Assembly (NCBI RefSeq): GCF_009834535.1
Contig: NC_045696.1
Location: forward strand, 43,216,001-43,280,000
From: Camelus ferus
Lineage: Eukaryota
Length of the DNA stretch: 64,000 nt
Direction: 5' to 3'
A model generated the notes under the pieces. That model had not been told where the DNA came from. It ran no database searches and was given only the letters and a program-made list of their open reading frames with translations. Made by a program: the position numbers and the translations under genes. Position 1 is the stretch's first letter. Each line of letters opens with the position of its first letter. Positions 13,553-23,915 of the stretch are shown here, piece after piece.

Positions 13553-14759
13553 CCCACACAAAGTTAGTCATGCTGTACGGACAGCCCAATCTTATTAAAC
13601 CCCACTCCCTAATGCAATCCAAAAAGCATAGGCAACAAAATTAGAAGTGTTATGTACAATTGCATGTTTCATACTTCTACAATCTTGATGATATAAGCTT
13701 GTTTTTGCAATTTGAGTTTATACTGGAATCAGCAAATAGATCACCTTAAGTAATACTCTCCACCTGCAAAGGTGTCTTGGGAAACAAAATTAAAGTGTTT
13801 CAGTTTGACAGAGAGATGCCTTATATTTAGTAGATATTTTCTGAAGTGCTACTAAACAGAATTTTATTGTAGGAAAGGATGTGGTTGTTCATCCTTTTCC
13901 AAGCTGGTCAAAATTGCTCATGTTTTAGGCCCTGATATCACCATGTGGTCTTTGGATCTGTGTCCATTTAAATATTGGATATGATTATGGAGGTGAAGGA
14001 CAGTCTACAGGAAACACAATTTTTCACAGAAACAAACAGCCAGTCGAATAATTTGCTGTTAGTCTCTGACAAATTAACCATTAGAACTTTCTCTAGAAAA
14101 TGCTTAGTTCTGATGAATGTTAACAGTAAGGTTTATTATTTTATTTATATTATTTTAAACTCACCTGATATGTTTATCATTACTAGTTAACTAATTCTGC
14201 CAATCTATAGAATCCAAGAATATCAGCCTCTACTTGTGCTTAGACATGTGGCACAGATGGGTTAGGAACAAAAGAAACAAAAAGTAAGGTACAGTTTCAG
14301 AGCTGATAAAGCTTAAAATATACCTACTAAGACAAGTTTAGCATAGATAAAGACAAAATAAAAATAAACAAAAACAAATTCAAGAAACTCTACAATTTCA
14401 AGCCAAATTGTGTTTCCACCATTATTTTAATGAAATTTTAGTGAGTTCTCATTAGCTTTCAGCACGGTTGGTAGACAATAAGATTCAGTATGAGTGATCA
14501 CTGCTCATATGAAGATTTATGGAAGCGGGACAGAAAACTACATGCAATTTGATGGAACCATGTCAATGGACATTGACAAGAAAGAGAAAGACTCACTGAA
14601 GTCTTATTTGTTGAAATCGTAACTATCACTGTCTAAATTTGGAATACTGATACCATGGTAAAGAATGGAATATTTTCAGGATGGTAGATTCCACCTTGAT
14701 GAGTTGCAAAATTCACCTTCTAAAATAGTTTCAACAAAAAAGAATTTAGTGAATCTTCT

Positions 14760-14895
14760 TTGTACTCTTCCTTCCCTCCTTTTTCTCCTTCCCTCCCTCC
14801 TTGTTTCCTTCCTTCTTTTCTTTCTTCCTCTCTTCTTCCATTCAGACTTCTTTCTCCTATCTTTTCATTTTCTCCTCCCTTCTCTTATTCTTGTA
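14760..14895. repeat. CT-rich (TTCC-like) low-complexity tract
   Basis: Near-pure polypyrimidine run. Confidence 0.85.
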
Positions 14896-15340
14896 TGCAT
14901 TTGACATTTGCAGAGCATTCACTCTATCAAAAATTTTGTTAATTAGTAGAAAGTTCACTAAATGACTAGAGTATCTGCCCTTCTGCCCTTGAAGAAAGTC
15001 CATCCAGTATAAATTATAACAACACTTTCATTTACTTTACTATGTCTTTCTGTTTTAGGTTCCTTTCATAGCAATTCTTCTGAAGAATATAAGGTCTATC
15101 AGTGAATTTGAAGGCTTTCCCTTTACTTGAAGTGAGAGGAAATATTCTGTATCTAAAATACACAAGTTAAAAATAATGACTTTATCTGATTTTCTCAAGT
15201 GCACACAGTAAACAGGTATGTGGCAGTTTCCTGTGCCATTCTCAAACCAGTGAATTCTTCTGCCCTAAGCAATGGGATTTAGTCACTAATGATCTCTAGT
15301 CTCTTGAATACTGAGGTTAGTGAATTCTTAGTATAAAGTT

Positions 15341-16425
15341 TAAACCATATACAAAAATAAATTCAAAATGGATTAAAGACTTAAATGTAAGACCAGATAC
15401 TATAAAACTCCTAGCAGAAAACATAGGCAGAATGCTCTTAGACATAAATCACAGAAATATATTTTTTGAACCAGCTCCTGGAGTAATGGAAATAAAAGAA
15501 AAAATAAACAAATGAGATCTAATTAAACTTAACAGCTTTTGCACAGCTAAGGATACCATCAACAAAACAAAAAGACAACCTACAGAATGGGAGAAAAAAC
15601 TTGTGAAAGATATGACCTACAAGGGACTAATTTCCAAAATATATGAACAGCTCATATATGTTAATATCCAAAAAACAAGCAACCCAATCAAAAAATGAGC
15701 AGAAGACCTCAACAGACATCTCTCAAAGGAGGCATACAGATGGCCAACAAGCACATGAAAAGATGCTCAATATTACTAATTGTTAGAGAAATACAAATCA
15801 AAACTATAATGAGATATTACCTCACGCCTGTCAGAATGGCCATCATTCAGAAGTCCACAAACAATAAATTCTAGAGAAGGTGTGGAGAAAAAGGAACTCT
15901 CCTACACTGTTGGTGGGAATGTCAACTGGTGCAGTCACTGTGGAGGACTGTATGGAGGTTCCTTAAAAAACTAAAAATAGACTTACCCTATGACCCAGCA
16001 ATCCCACTCCTGGGCATATACCCAGAGAAAAATAATTCAAAAAGACACATGCACCCCAATGTTCATAGCGGCACTATATACAATAGCCAAGACATGGAAA
16101 CAACCCAAATGTCCATCAGTAGATAACTGGATAAAGAAGATGTGATATAAATATACAATGGAATACTATTTGGCCATACAAAAGAATGAAATAATGCCAT
16201 TTGCAGCAACATAGATGGACTGGGAGATCATCATTCTAAGTGAAGTCAGAAAGAGAAGGAAAAATGCCATATGATACCACTTATATGTGGAATCTTAAAA
16301 AAAAAAAAGACACAAATAAACTTATCTACAAAACAGAAACAGACTCACAGACATAGAAAACAAACTTACGGTTACTAGGGGTTAAAGGGAGTGGGAAGGG
16401 ATAAATTGGGAATTCGAACATTGCA
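15341..16425 (+). mobile_element. Cetartiodactyl-type L1 ORF2 C-terminus and partial 3' UTR
   Basis: ORF 15929-16126 ([29 protein letters not shown]); colinear with 60600-61660 and 43725-44050. Confidence 0.93.
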
Positions 16426-16575
16426 CCTCTTGAGGAGTGATGGAAATGTTAGCTATCTTGACTGTGGTAATGGTTTCATTGGTGTACACATCTATCAAAA
16501 TTCATCAAAGTATACATCTGAAATATGTGTAGTTTACTGTAGAGGAACCATACCATAATAAAAGTGTTTAAAAAT
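16426..16575 (+). mobile_element. Ancient L1MB/L1MC-type 3' terminus
   Basis: GTGATGGAAATGTTAGCTATCTTGACTGTGGTAATGGTTTC...TCAAAATTCATCAAAGTATACA...AATAAA. Confidence 0.8.
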
Positions 16576-17350
16576 GTACTCCTCTGAAAATTTACAAATA
16601 ATGAGTATTTGTATCTTTGCTGTTTCTTACATTTATTATTTAGACTCATGAGATACTGCATATGATATTAGACAGATATGCGAAGTTGGATGGTTTAACT
16701 AAAATAAGCTGTTTACTTCCATTAATACTATTGTAGTTATATAGGTTAACATGAAAAACACAACTAATATATGCCAGTTAAATTAATTTGCATTTATAGC
16801 ACAAGACAAGAAAAGCCAATGCTCTAGTATAGTCAATGAAAAAGAAATTATTGTGTAATTAGGGCAAAGATGGAAAATGTTTCGATTAGTAATGATTCTT
16901 TGAATATGGAAGGCCAGATTTTATCTATTAAAAAAGATAGTACATGTGAACCTGAAATAGCTTTTAAATAATAAAGCCTTTAAAAAATAAAATAAAATAA
17001 AGAGAACATGGCTTCTACTCTTTGAGTTGTGATTAGAATGCTGACTCTATCATGTACCAGCTCTACAGTCTCAAGCAAGTTGTTTAGCTGCTCTGAAACC
17101 CGTCTGTGTCTTCAGTAAAATGGAGGGAAATAATGCTATCACCAGGACAGCTGAAAAAGTACAATTAATAAAGACAGTGCATGCAAAACCCTCGATATAG
17201 AGTTGACACAAGGGTAGTTCTTTCCAACATTTCAGGTTGCCTGAGTGAGAATTTGGCTCCTCAATGAAAGCTGCCGTTTTTATCTCTGCATCCACAGCCT
17301 TTAGCACAGAGTGGGCAATGTGGATTGTGGAAGTATTACTAAGTCTGGTT

Positions 17351-17364
17351 GTTTCCATGGTTAC
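17351..17364. promoter_or_regulatory. RFX X-box motif
   Basis: GTTTCCATGGTTAC (reverse complement GTAACCATGGAAAC) is a near-ideal 14-bp X-box in repeat-free sequence. Confidence 0.55.
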
Positions 17365-18474
17365 CGTTGAGACTACCTGCTGTATATACACAGGAGTTCT
17401 TATTTGAAAGGTATTTTAAATTGACATTGTTGACATTGTTAATATAATTATATGATGTATACTTTGTGAAAGTGATTTTTGTCTCTGGAGAAGACAGAAA
17501 ATTGTTGAGAAATAAATCTGCCCCAAATTTTTCCTGCATATTTGAGATCACTGCAAATTCTGCTACCTTAAAAAGATATATTTGAGGTAGAGAGGCACAA
17601 GTTTCTTGAAAAATATGTTAATTGCAGGTGTTCTCTGGATTGAGTGTCATATGGGACAAAGAAAGTGAGCAAAAGAGAAGAAAAAATTAAAATACGTCTA
17701 TGATTTCCTGGAGAGACAAGAAAAACAAATCTAAACACCACCTGCAGCCTTTGTGTGTCAAGATAATTTTATTTACATTACATTCCCCTGATCAAGGTGC
17801 TCGGGGCATGAAATACACAATTAAAATGAGATAATAATAACAAACAATAGTTAAAACATCATAAAAAATGCATATTGGAGATAATAAACACAGGAACAAG
17901 GAAGCCTGGGGGAAAGAAAGCATCCTTTTAATTCAGATCTAATAATCTACCAATCTATTTCCTGGCATGAGTGTCTGATGATGTGAGATCCATTTGCCTT
18001 GAGTACAGCTTGGAAATGTAGTTGTCTTAATCCTCTCTGTTAGGATTAGGAAACATAGATTCTAATAAGCACTCACATGAAGAGTCATACTGAGCTTAAA
18101 ATATTCAGACAGCTCTGGTTTATCATTGTAACTTGTTATAGTTTAGTAGTGCTATTGGCTGCTGTCATTATCATGCTGCTGTATTTCAAAAGAGCTTTAG
18201 TTAGCCATGCTGCTATTCCTATAAAGGCAAAACCGTGTCTCTAGCAACTGGAGATATTAACAAGGCTGGAAGCAAATTGCTGCATTGTTGTTAAGCAAGA
18301 TCAATTGTTTGAAGATGTTACCTTCAGTGATTGCCCAGGAACTGAACTAGAAATGAACATGTTCAGGTATGAAATTGTCAGAAATATCTTGAGTCACGAG
18401 GAAAGGGATTAGACTCTGAAGCAAAGGGACTAAAATGGAACAAATGAGGCTCTCTAAAATGTAAGCCAACAGAA

Positions 18475-18968
18475 GTGAAAGTTTTGAATCTGTGAGAATC
18501 TTTGAGAGCTGTGAGGTCAGAATTTAGAGGGTAGATGATTTTGGTGGGAAAAATAAATATCTTTCTTTTTAGCAATCTCTAAGTATAAGTACAATTTATC
18601 ATTTCTCTTGACTATTAGTGTAAGCAACAAATTATAATGGTTAACAGTGCTGTGACTGTTACCAATAGAAACCATAGATATTTTCATATTGCACTACAAT
18701 TTGTTGCACATACCTAAATTGATTTCACTCATTACTACTTAGAAAATTCTGGTAATGATACCTGCACTGTAATGCATTAATAAATACGTATACTACTAGA
18801 GCCCACTTTTCAGTTTATAATATATTGATAATTGTATTTCAACATGTTTTCCTTTGTAATCATATGTAATTGATGTTAGGCATTTAAAGATATTTTGTGA
18901 AAGGTCCAAAGCTTTCATCAATGAACTGCCAAAAAAGTCAATGGCTCAAAATAGATTAAGAGTTCCTT
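18475..18968 (+). mobile_element. hAT-Charlie DNA transposon (Charlie4a-like)
   Basis: TGTGACTGTTACCAATAGAAACCATAGATATTTTCATATTGCACTACA and terminal ACTGCCAAAAAAGTCAATGGCTCAAAATAGATTAAGAGTTCCT. Confidence 0.75.
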
Positions 18969-20174
18969 ATTCATTGGTAACAGAAATGTATTCTTCAGAG
19001 GCTAAGAAACTCATGGCCAAACAAAACTTCAGTATTAATAATAGCAACACTTCACACTTCTGTATCAACATAGTAAAATATGCTGGAACGGTGCCTGTGT
19101 TGCAACCTTCTCAAATTAGATACAAAGCAGCCTGGTGGGGTAGAAAGATCACCTACCACAGTTGTAGTCTAACTTTTATCACAAAGTTGCTATTTGACTA
19201 TGTGAGTATCTAAACTTTCAGAACTTCTTTCTTTAGTTATGTACTGAGGTAATTGGATACTTCAGCTCTTTCAGATCTGAAATTCTACTCCAAACATCAA
19301 TCCTCTCTTGGTTAAAATAAATTTTTTGACTCCCACTAAAAGAAGGGAGATTTTATTGTTATTGATTCTTCTACAATTCAAAATGTTAAGACTACCCATC
19401 TTTTCACAGTTAGTAAGCATTAATGAGATATAAGCCATGGTCATGTGTTTAAAAACTGGGTAGGTATGTCTTAAGATATTCCAGCTCTTCATTAGCTGCT
19501 CATAAAGATTTCTCCCCAGACTCAGCACAAGGATTATCCCTGAAGAATTTTAGTCTCTTATCCAGTACAAATTGGCAGGGCAGTTACTTTGATTACTTAA
19601 AAATTTCACATGCTGCTTGGGAGAAAAAAAAAAGGCATGTTTCCAAATCTTTCTGAATTTATTAATAAGATACTCTCTGAAAAAGCCCGCTAAGAGAGAA
19701 AGTAACTTAAAGACATACCTATTTAATCTCAGCCTTTTCCCCCACCATCTTTTCTGGTTGAGCAATGGTATACACATACTAAACTTGGAAACTTGATAAA
19801 TTAGGAGTAACGTTTGGAGCTGAGATCTTTTAATTTTTCAAGAAGACACTTAAGCTCTTGAAAAGTATTGTATATACATGTGAAATTTTCTTATCAATTC
19901 CTATTAGCCTACTTTTCCTATTAACCTACTTCACATTCTATAAAGAGAGGCTTGAGGTTTTAGATTTTTCTACGTATGTTAATATAATACATTGCCTGTA
20001 GAAACCAAGTTTATTGTGCTTTTTAAATAAGATACTAAGAATACAAAGGGACAAAGTTAAGGGGATTTTTATTTTTTTTACGGACTTTCTAGTTTCTAAA
20101 GCTAAACGTCTTCCAATTGTTTTTAGCAAATGAATTAGGTTGGGAGTAGAGGAGGTGTTGGGGTAGATTTTTAC

Positions 20175-20723
20175 AGTATGAATGAAAAATACTGCCTGCT
20201 GTATCAGTAAACAAAGGATGTTGCAGCCCTCAAGCCATCACACTGCAGTCCCTTCAATGGTGAGCCCTGAAGGAACTCAGGATGCAAACAGGGTGCCCAG
20301 GCGTCAAGCCCTCAGCCAGTGCAGCCACCCCCAGTGCTGCACCTTGAGGAGACTCAGGATGGGAAAGCACAGGATTCTGGCCCTAGGTGGCCAAGGTGCT
20401 TATCAAAGGAATGATTTCAATGAGCCCAGGCTCTTGTATCTGCCCAAATATAGAAAAGTGCTGAATTTCTTTACTTGAGATAACTGATTTTCTTTAATTA
20501 ATGGTAATCTTTTGATGTTCCAACTACCTGACCTTTGTTGCAAAAACTCCTATACATCCTGCCTCCTCCCTTACCTCTTGGGAGCAGTCCCTTTGAGAGA
20601 TCTGAGAGGCTGTCTTCCAGGCTTAAAATCTTGAGAAAATCCACCAAATAAAATATAGCTCTTAATTTTTAGGTTGTGGGGCTTTTATGTTTGTTTGTTT
20701 TGTTTTTGTTTTTTTAGTTGACA
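20175..20723 (+). mobile_element. ERV1 solo LTR, MER41-like (cetartiodactyl type)
   Basis: Starts ATGAAAAATACTGCCTGCTGTATCAGTAAACAAAGGATGTTGCAGCC; internal duplicated TCAAGCC...ACTCAGGATG unit; TATA-like site; AATAAA at 20647; ends TAGTTGACA. Confidence 0.8.
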
Positions 20724-21240
20724 ATAGCGTAGCGAGTGGGTGATTTTACCACGGCATTTCCATTCCAATGGCCTTAGCATCATGGATAAAGCTATTAAAT
20801 AAGAAATCCACCTAAGCCTAATAATAAAGTAATAAACAAACAAGGACAAGTATTTCTTGCCAATGACAGGCAGTTGTAAGTTTGCCTTCATTCACAAATT
20901 GCTTTCACTTAATTAATTGGTTTAATGTTGGCAAAGCACTTTTAGGATGAAAGGAATTATATAAATGCTTGAAATTTTAATAGACTCAATTCTCTCAGAG
21001 CTGAGAGCAGCTCACCAACTGGCCATCTTCCTAGATGAGGACTGGGGAAATCGCCTTCTACAAGTTTTCCAGGTCAGTACAAACTGACCCTTTCGTGTTC
21101 TGGCACCTGAGCTTGCTGAGAGTTTAAGAACCAACTTCCCCTTTCTTTGTAGTTTACTAGTTACAAGGGAGTCTCTTTGAAAGGAGAAAAGACTATGTGT
21201 AAAGAGTAAAGAAGATAAATAATAGAGAGGGGAGGGCACT

Positions 21241-21272
21241 TCTTAACACTCTTTTCCCCTTCCCAGGTAAGA
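21241..21272 (+). other. Recursive splice-site motif (branch point, polypyrimidine tract, CAG|GTAAGA)
   Basis: TCTTAAC-ACTCTTTTCCCCTTCC-CAG|GTAAGA. The motif is directly visible; its use is unproven. Confidence 0.4.
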
Positions 21273-22839
21273 CCTAGGGGAGCCTTTCTCTCGGCTAGGA
21301 CTGCTGGAGCAGAAAAAAGAGACTATGTGAGGCAGAGGAAGGATAATTCCCTTTGATGTGGTCTTACAGTGACAGCCTTTGTAGCTGAGACAGCTAATTA
21401 AATAGTACATGAGTTAATTAGGAGTTTGAACATTGTCACCTGGACTGCTTTTCCTTTTAGGCATCCTTTCAATAAAATAAAATAGAATAGAATAAAAACA
21501 AAACAAAATAAACCCCTGATCATTACTATAACATAGAATTCCAGCTACTCTGTTACACTATGCAGTGAGCAGATTCATATTAGGTTCACGAGGTGATTTT
21601 CAACATGATCAAAATCCAGAGAAGCTATCTTAGTAGACTCAAGATGTCACTGTGATTCTAAAAGTAAATTTAATACTTGTGTTTTAAAAGTTAACACTTG
21701 TGTTTTAACTCTACTTCAGGAGAATCATATAGAATATTTTTTTAAAAATTACTATCATTTCAATTAGAAAAATCTTAACTGAAGAGTAACAAATTTGAAA
21801 AATCATTTTTGATTTATAATCCCCCATGTAAAACTTATATATTTTGAAGTAACCAAGTCCAGTTCTCATTGTTAAAGCACTCATAAAGAAAATTTAAATA
21901 TGCATATTTTTTGAACTCTAGTCATAAAAATAAAACAGGGATGGAAAAATCTTTGATGATGTCTATTACATATTTGGAAACTTTTTATGAGCTGTTAGAA
22001 ATTGTCTTTTTTTAATAGGATGGCACATGTTGTCAAATTGGAATGATTATTACTCAAATAAAATATGCTCCCCAGTGACACAAGCACTGTAATCTACTTT
22101 TCAAAGTTTGCAGTGGGGAGGGGACTTCAGCATTCTATTTTACTAAAAAATAAAATAAAATTAGAGGAAAAACCTAAAAGCCTCAGTTTATGTTCCAAAA
22201 TGTAGAAAAATATTTAATTCCACAATAGCCAAGTTTCTCAGAGATCAAAGTTGTTTGGAAATAAAATAATGCTGAAAATTTAAAGAGATATTGCCAAAAT
22301 CGTTTAATTTATTATTTAATTAAGGTCCACCAACAGAAACCCCAATTTCTTTGGGATAAAGTTGTGCATGAACATGGCTAAAAACACTTGGGCATTAGGT
22401 GAGTTTAAAGAAGGGGCTCAGGGTAGAACTTAAGGTTTAATTTAAATGTTTGCCATATTTAATAGTGTACTTAAAAAGAGAGAGAATTTTTACTTATGAA
22501 TAAAAGTGCTTTTCTATTCTTCAAGTTATTTTTCTCTGACTAAAAATTAGGCTGTTTTTTGTTGTTGTTAACAAGAGTTGCAAAGTGCCAAGAATCTTGG
22601 CTGTTAAGAGTGTGGGATCTTGTATGTACTAAATGTATCAGAATAGTGTACATTGCCATGTAACGTAAAATGAAAAATCTATATAAATAATGCTGCCAAC
22701 TCAAGTGTCATACCAACTAAAACAGCAAATAAACCTTGAACAGTGAAAAAAAAAAAAAAAAAGGAATGTGGGATCTGACATGAGAATGGCAGATAAAGAA
22801 AGAATTGTGGAGCCACAACTGAGTAGTTAAGGACGGTGG

Positions 22840-23250
22840 TGAAAATGACCTCACCACTGTGTACCTCGATGTCCTCATTGGTAGAAGAAGAATAACAGAA
22901 TACTCTCTATTAGGGTGATGTTAAGTTTTAAAGAAATAGTATCTTATGGGCACTTAGTTCAATGCCTGGTACAGAGCAAACAGTTGACAAACGTGAGTCA
23001 CTACTATTTGCAGGAAAGCCACTAGAGTGTCCTGAATAAGGATGTGGAGCCCAGGGCCAGACGGCACAGGCTTGAGCCCCTCTAATGCTTCCTAGCCATG
23101 TGATCTTGGGAAAGTTATTAAAATCTTCCTACGCTGTAAAAAGGAGTAATAGTACTTGCTTTTTTTTTATTGTTATTAAGGATTAAATACGTTAATATAC
23201 GTAATTCACTTTTAAAAGTAACTGGTGTTTGTTAAGTACCATGTGTTAGC
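22840..23250 (+). mobile_element. Two MIR fragments
   Basis: CCTAGCCATGTGATCTTGGGAAAGTTATTAAAATC, GTTATTAAGGATTAAATACG and CACTTAGTTCAATGCCTGGTACAGAG. Confidence 0.75.
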
Positions 23251-23379
23251 TTGTAAAACATCAAATAGCATTAACCTACACGATATGGGCAATTACACGA
23301 GGTTTGAAGGGTGTCTAGGTTCCAATCTTGTATAGCGATTTGTATCGATTCACCGAATCAGGGAACACTGGAAGACTCC

Positions 23380-23915
23380 AGGTTTGAGGAGAAATTAATG
23401 AGTTTGCTTATCTAGGTGCTGAATCTACTTCCCTTTGAGACACCCAAGTGCAATAGTGAGTAAGAACCTGGATATACAGGTTGGGAGCTTAGACAAGTGG
23501 CCTAAACTTAGACAAAATTGTGGTGGTGGTGGTGGTGGTGGTGGTAAGACAGTGGTCACTGGGATACAAATAAAAACTGAAGAAGGCACTAATTACACTA
23601 TATAAAATAGGTAAACAAGGTCCTACTGTATAGCACAGGGAACTATATTCATTATCTTGTAATGGCCTAGAATGAAAAAGAATTTGAAAAGAATATATGT
23701 GTGTATGTGTGTGTGTGTGTGTATATATATATATAAAATTGAATCACTGTGCTACATATCAGAAATTTAACACAACATTGTAAATCAATAAAAAATTCAA
23801 TTCAATAAAAAAAGAACTGGTAACTTTTGAGTAAATACTAAGAAAGAAAAATATGAGCTTACTGAAGAAAAAAGAAAAAAACAAACTGAAGCCACAGACA
23901 TGGATGACAGTCTAT
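23380..23915 (-). mobile_element. L2 fragment containing a (TGG)n microsatellite and a short L1 insertion
   Basis: GACACCCAAGTG...CTGGATATACAGGTTGGGAGCTTAG...ACTGAAGCCACAGACATGGATGA; (TGG)n at ~23521-23545. Confidence 0.65.
23583..23882 (+). mobile_element. 5'-truncated L1 3' UTR with probable 3' transduction
   Basis: CTACTGTATAGCACAGGGAACTATATTC...ACACAACATTGTAAATCAA; AATAAA at 23804; ~54 bp of non-L1 sequence; second A tail; TSD AAACTGAAG at 23574-23582 and 23883-23891. Confidence 0.85.

Noticed and set aside
14665..14942. Leu/Phe/Ser-rich 'membrane' ORFs
   Set aside because: Translation of the CT-rich microsatellite.
20182..20478. 98-aa ORF
   Set aside because: Lies wholly inside the ERV1 LTR.
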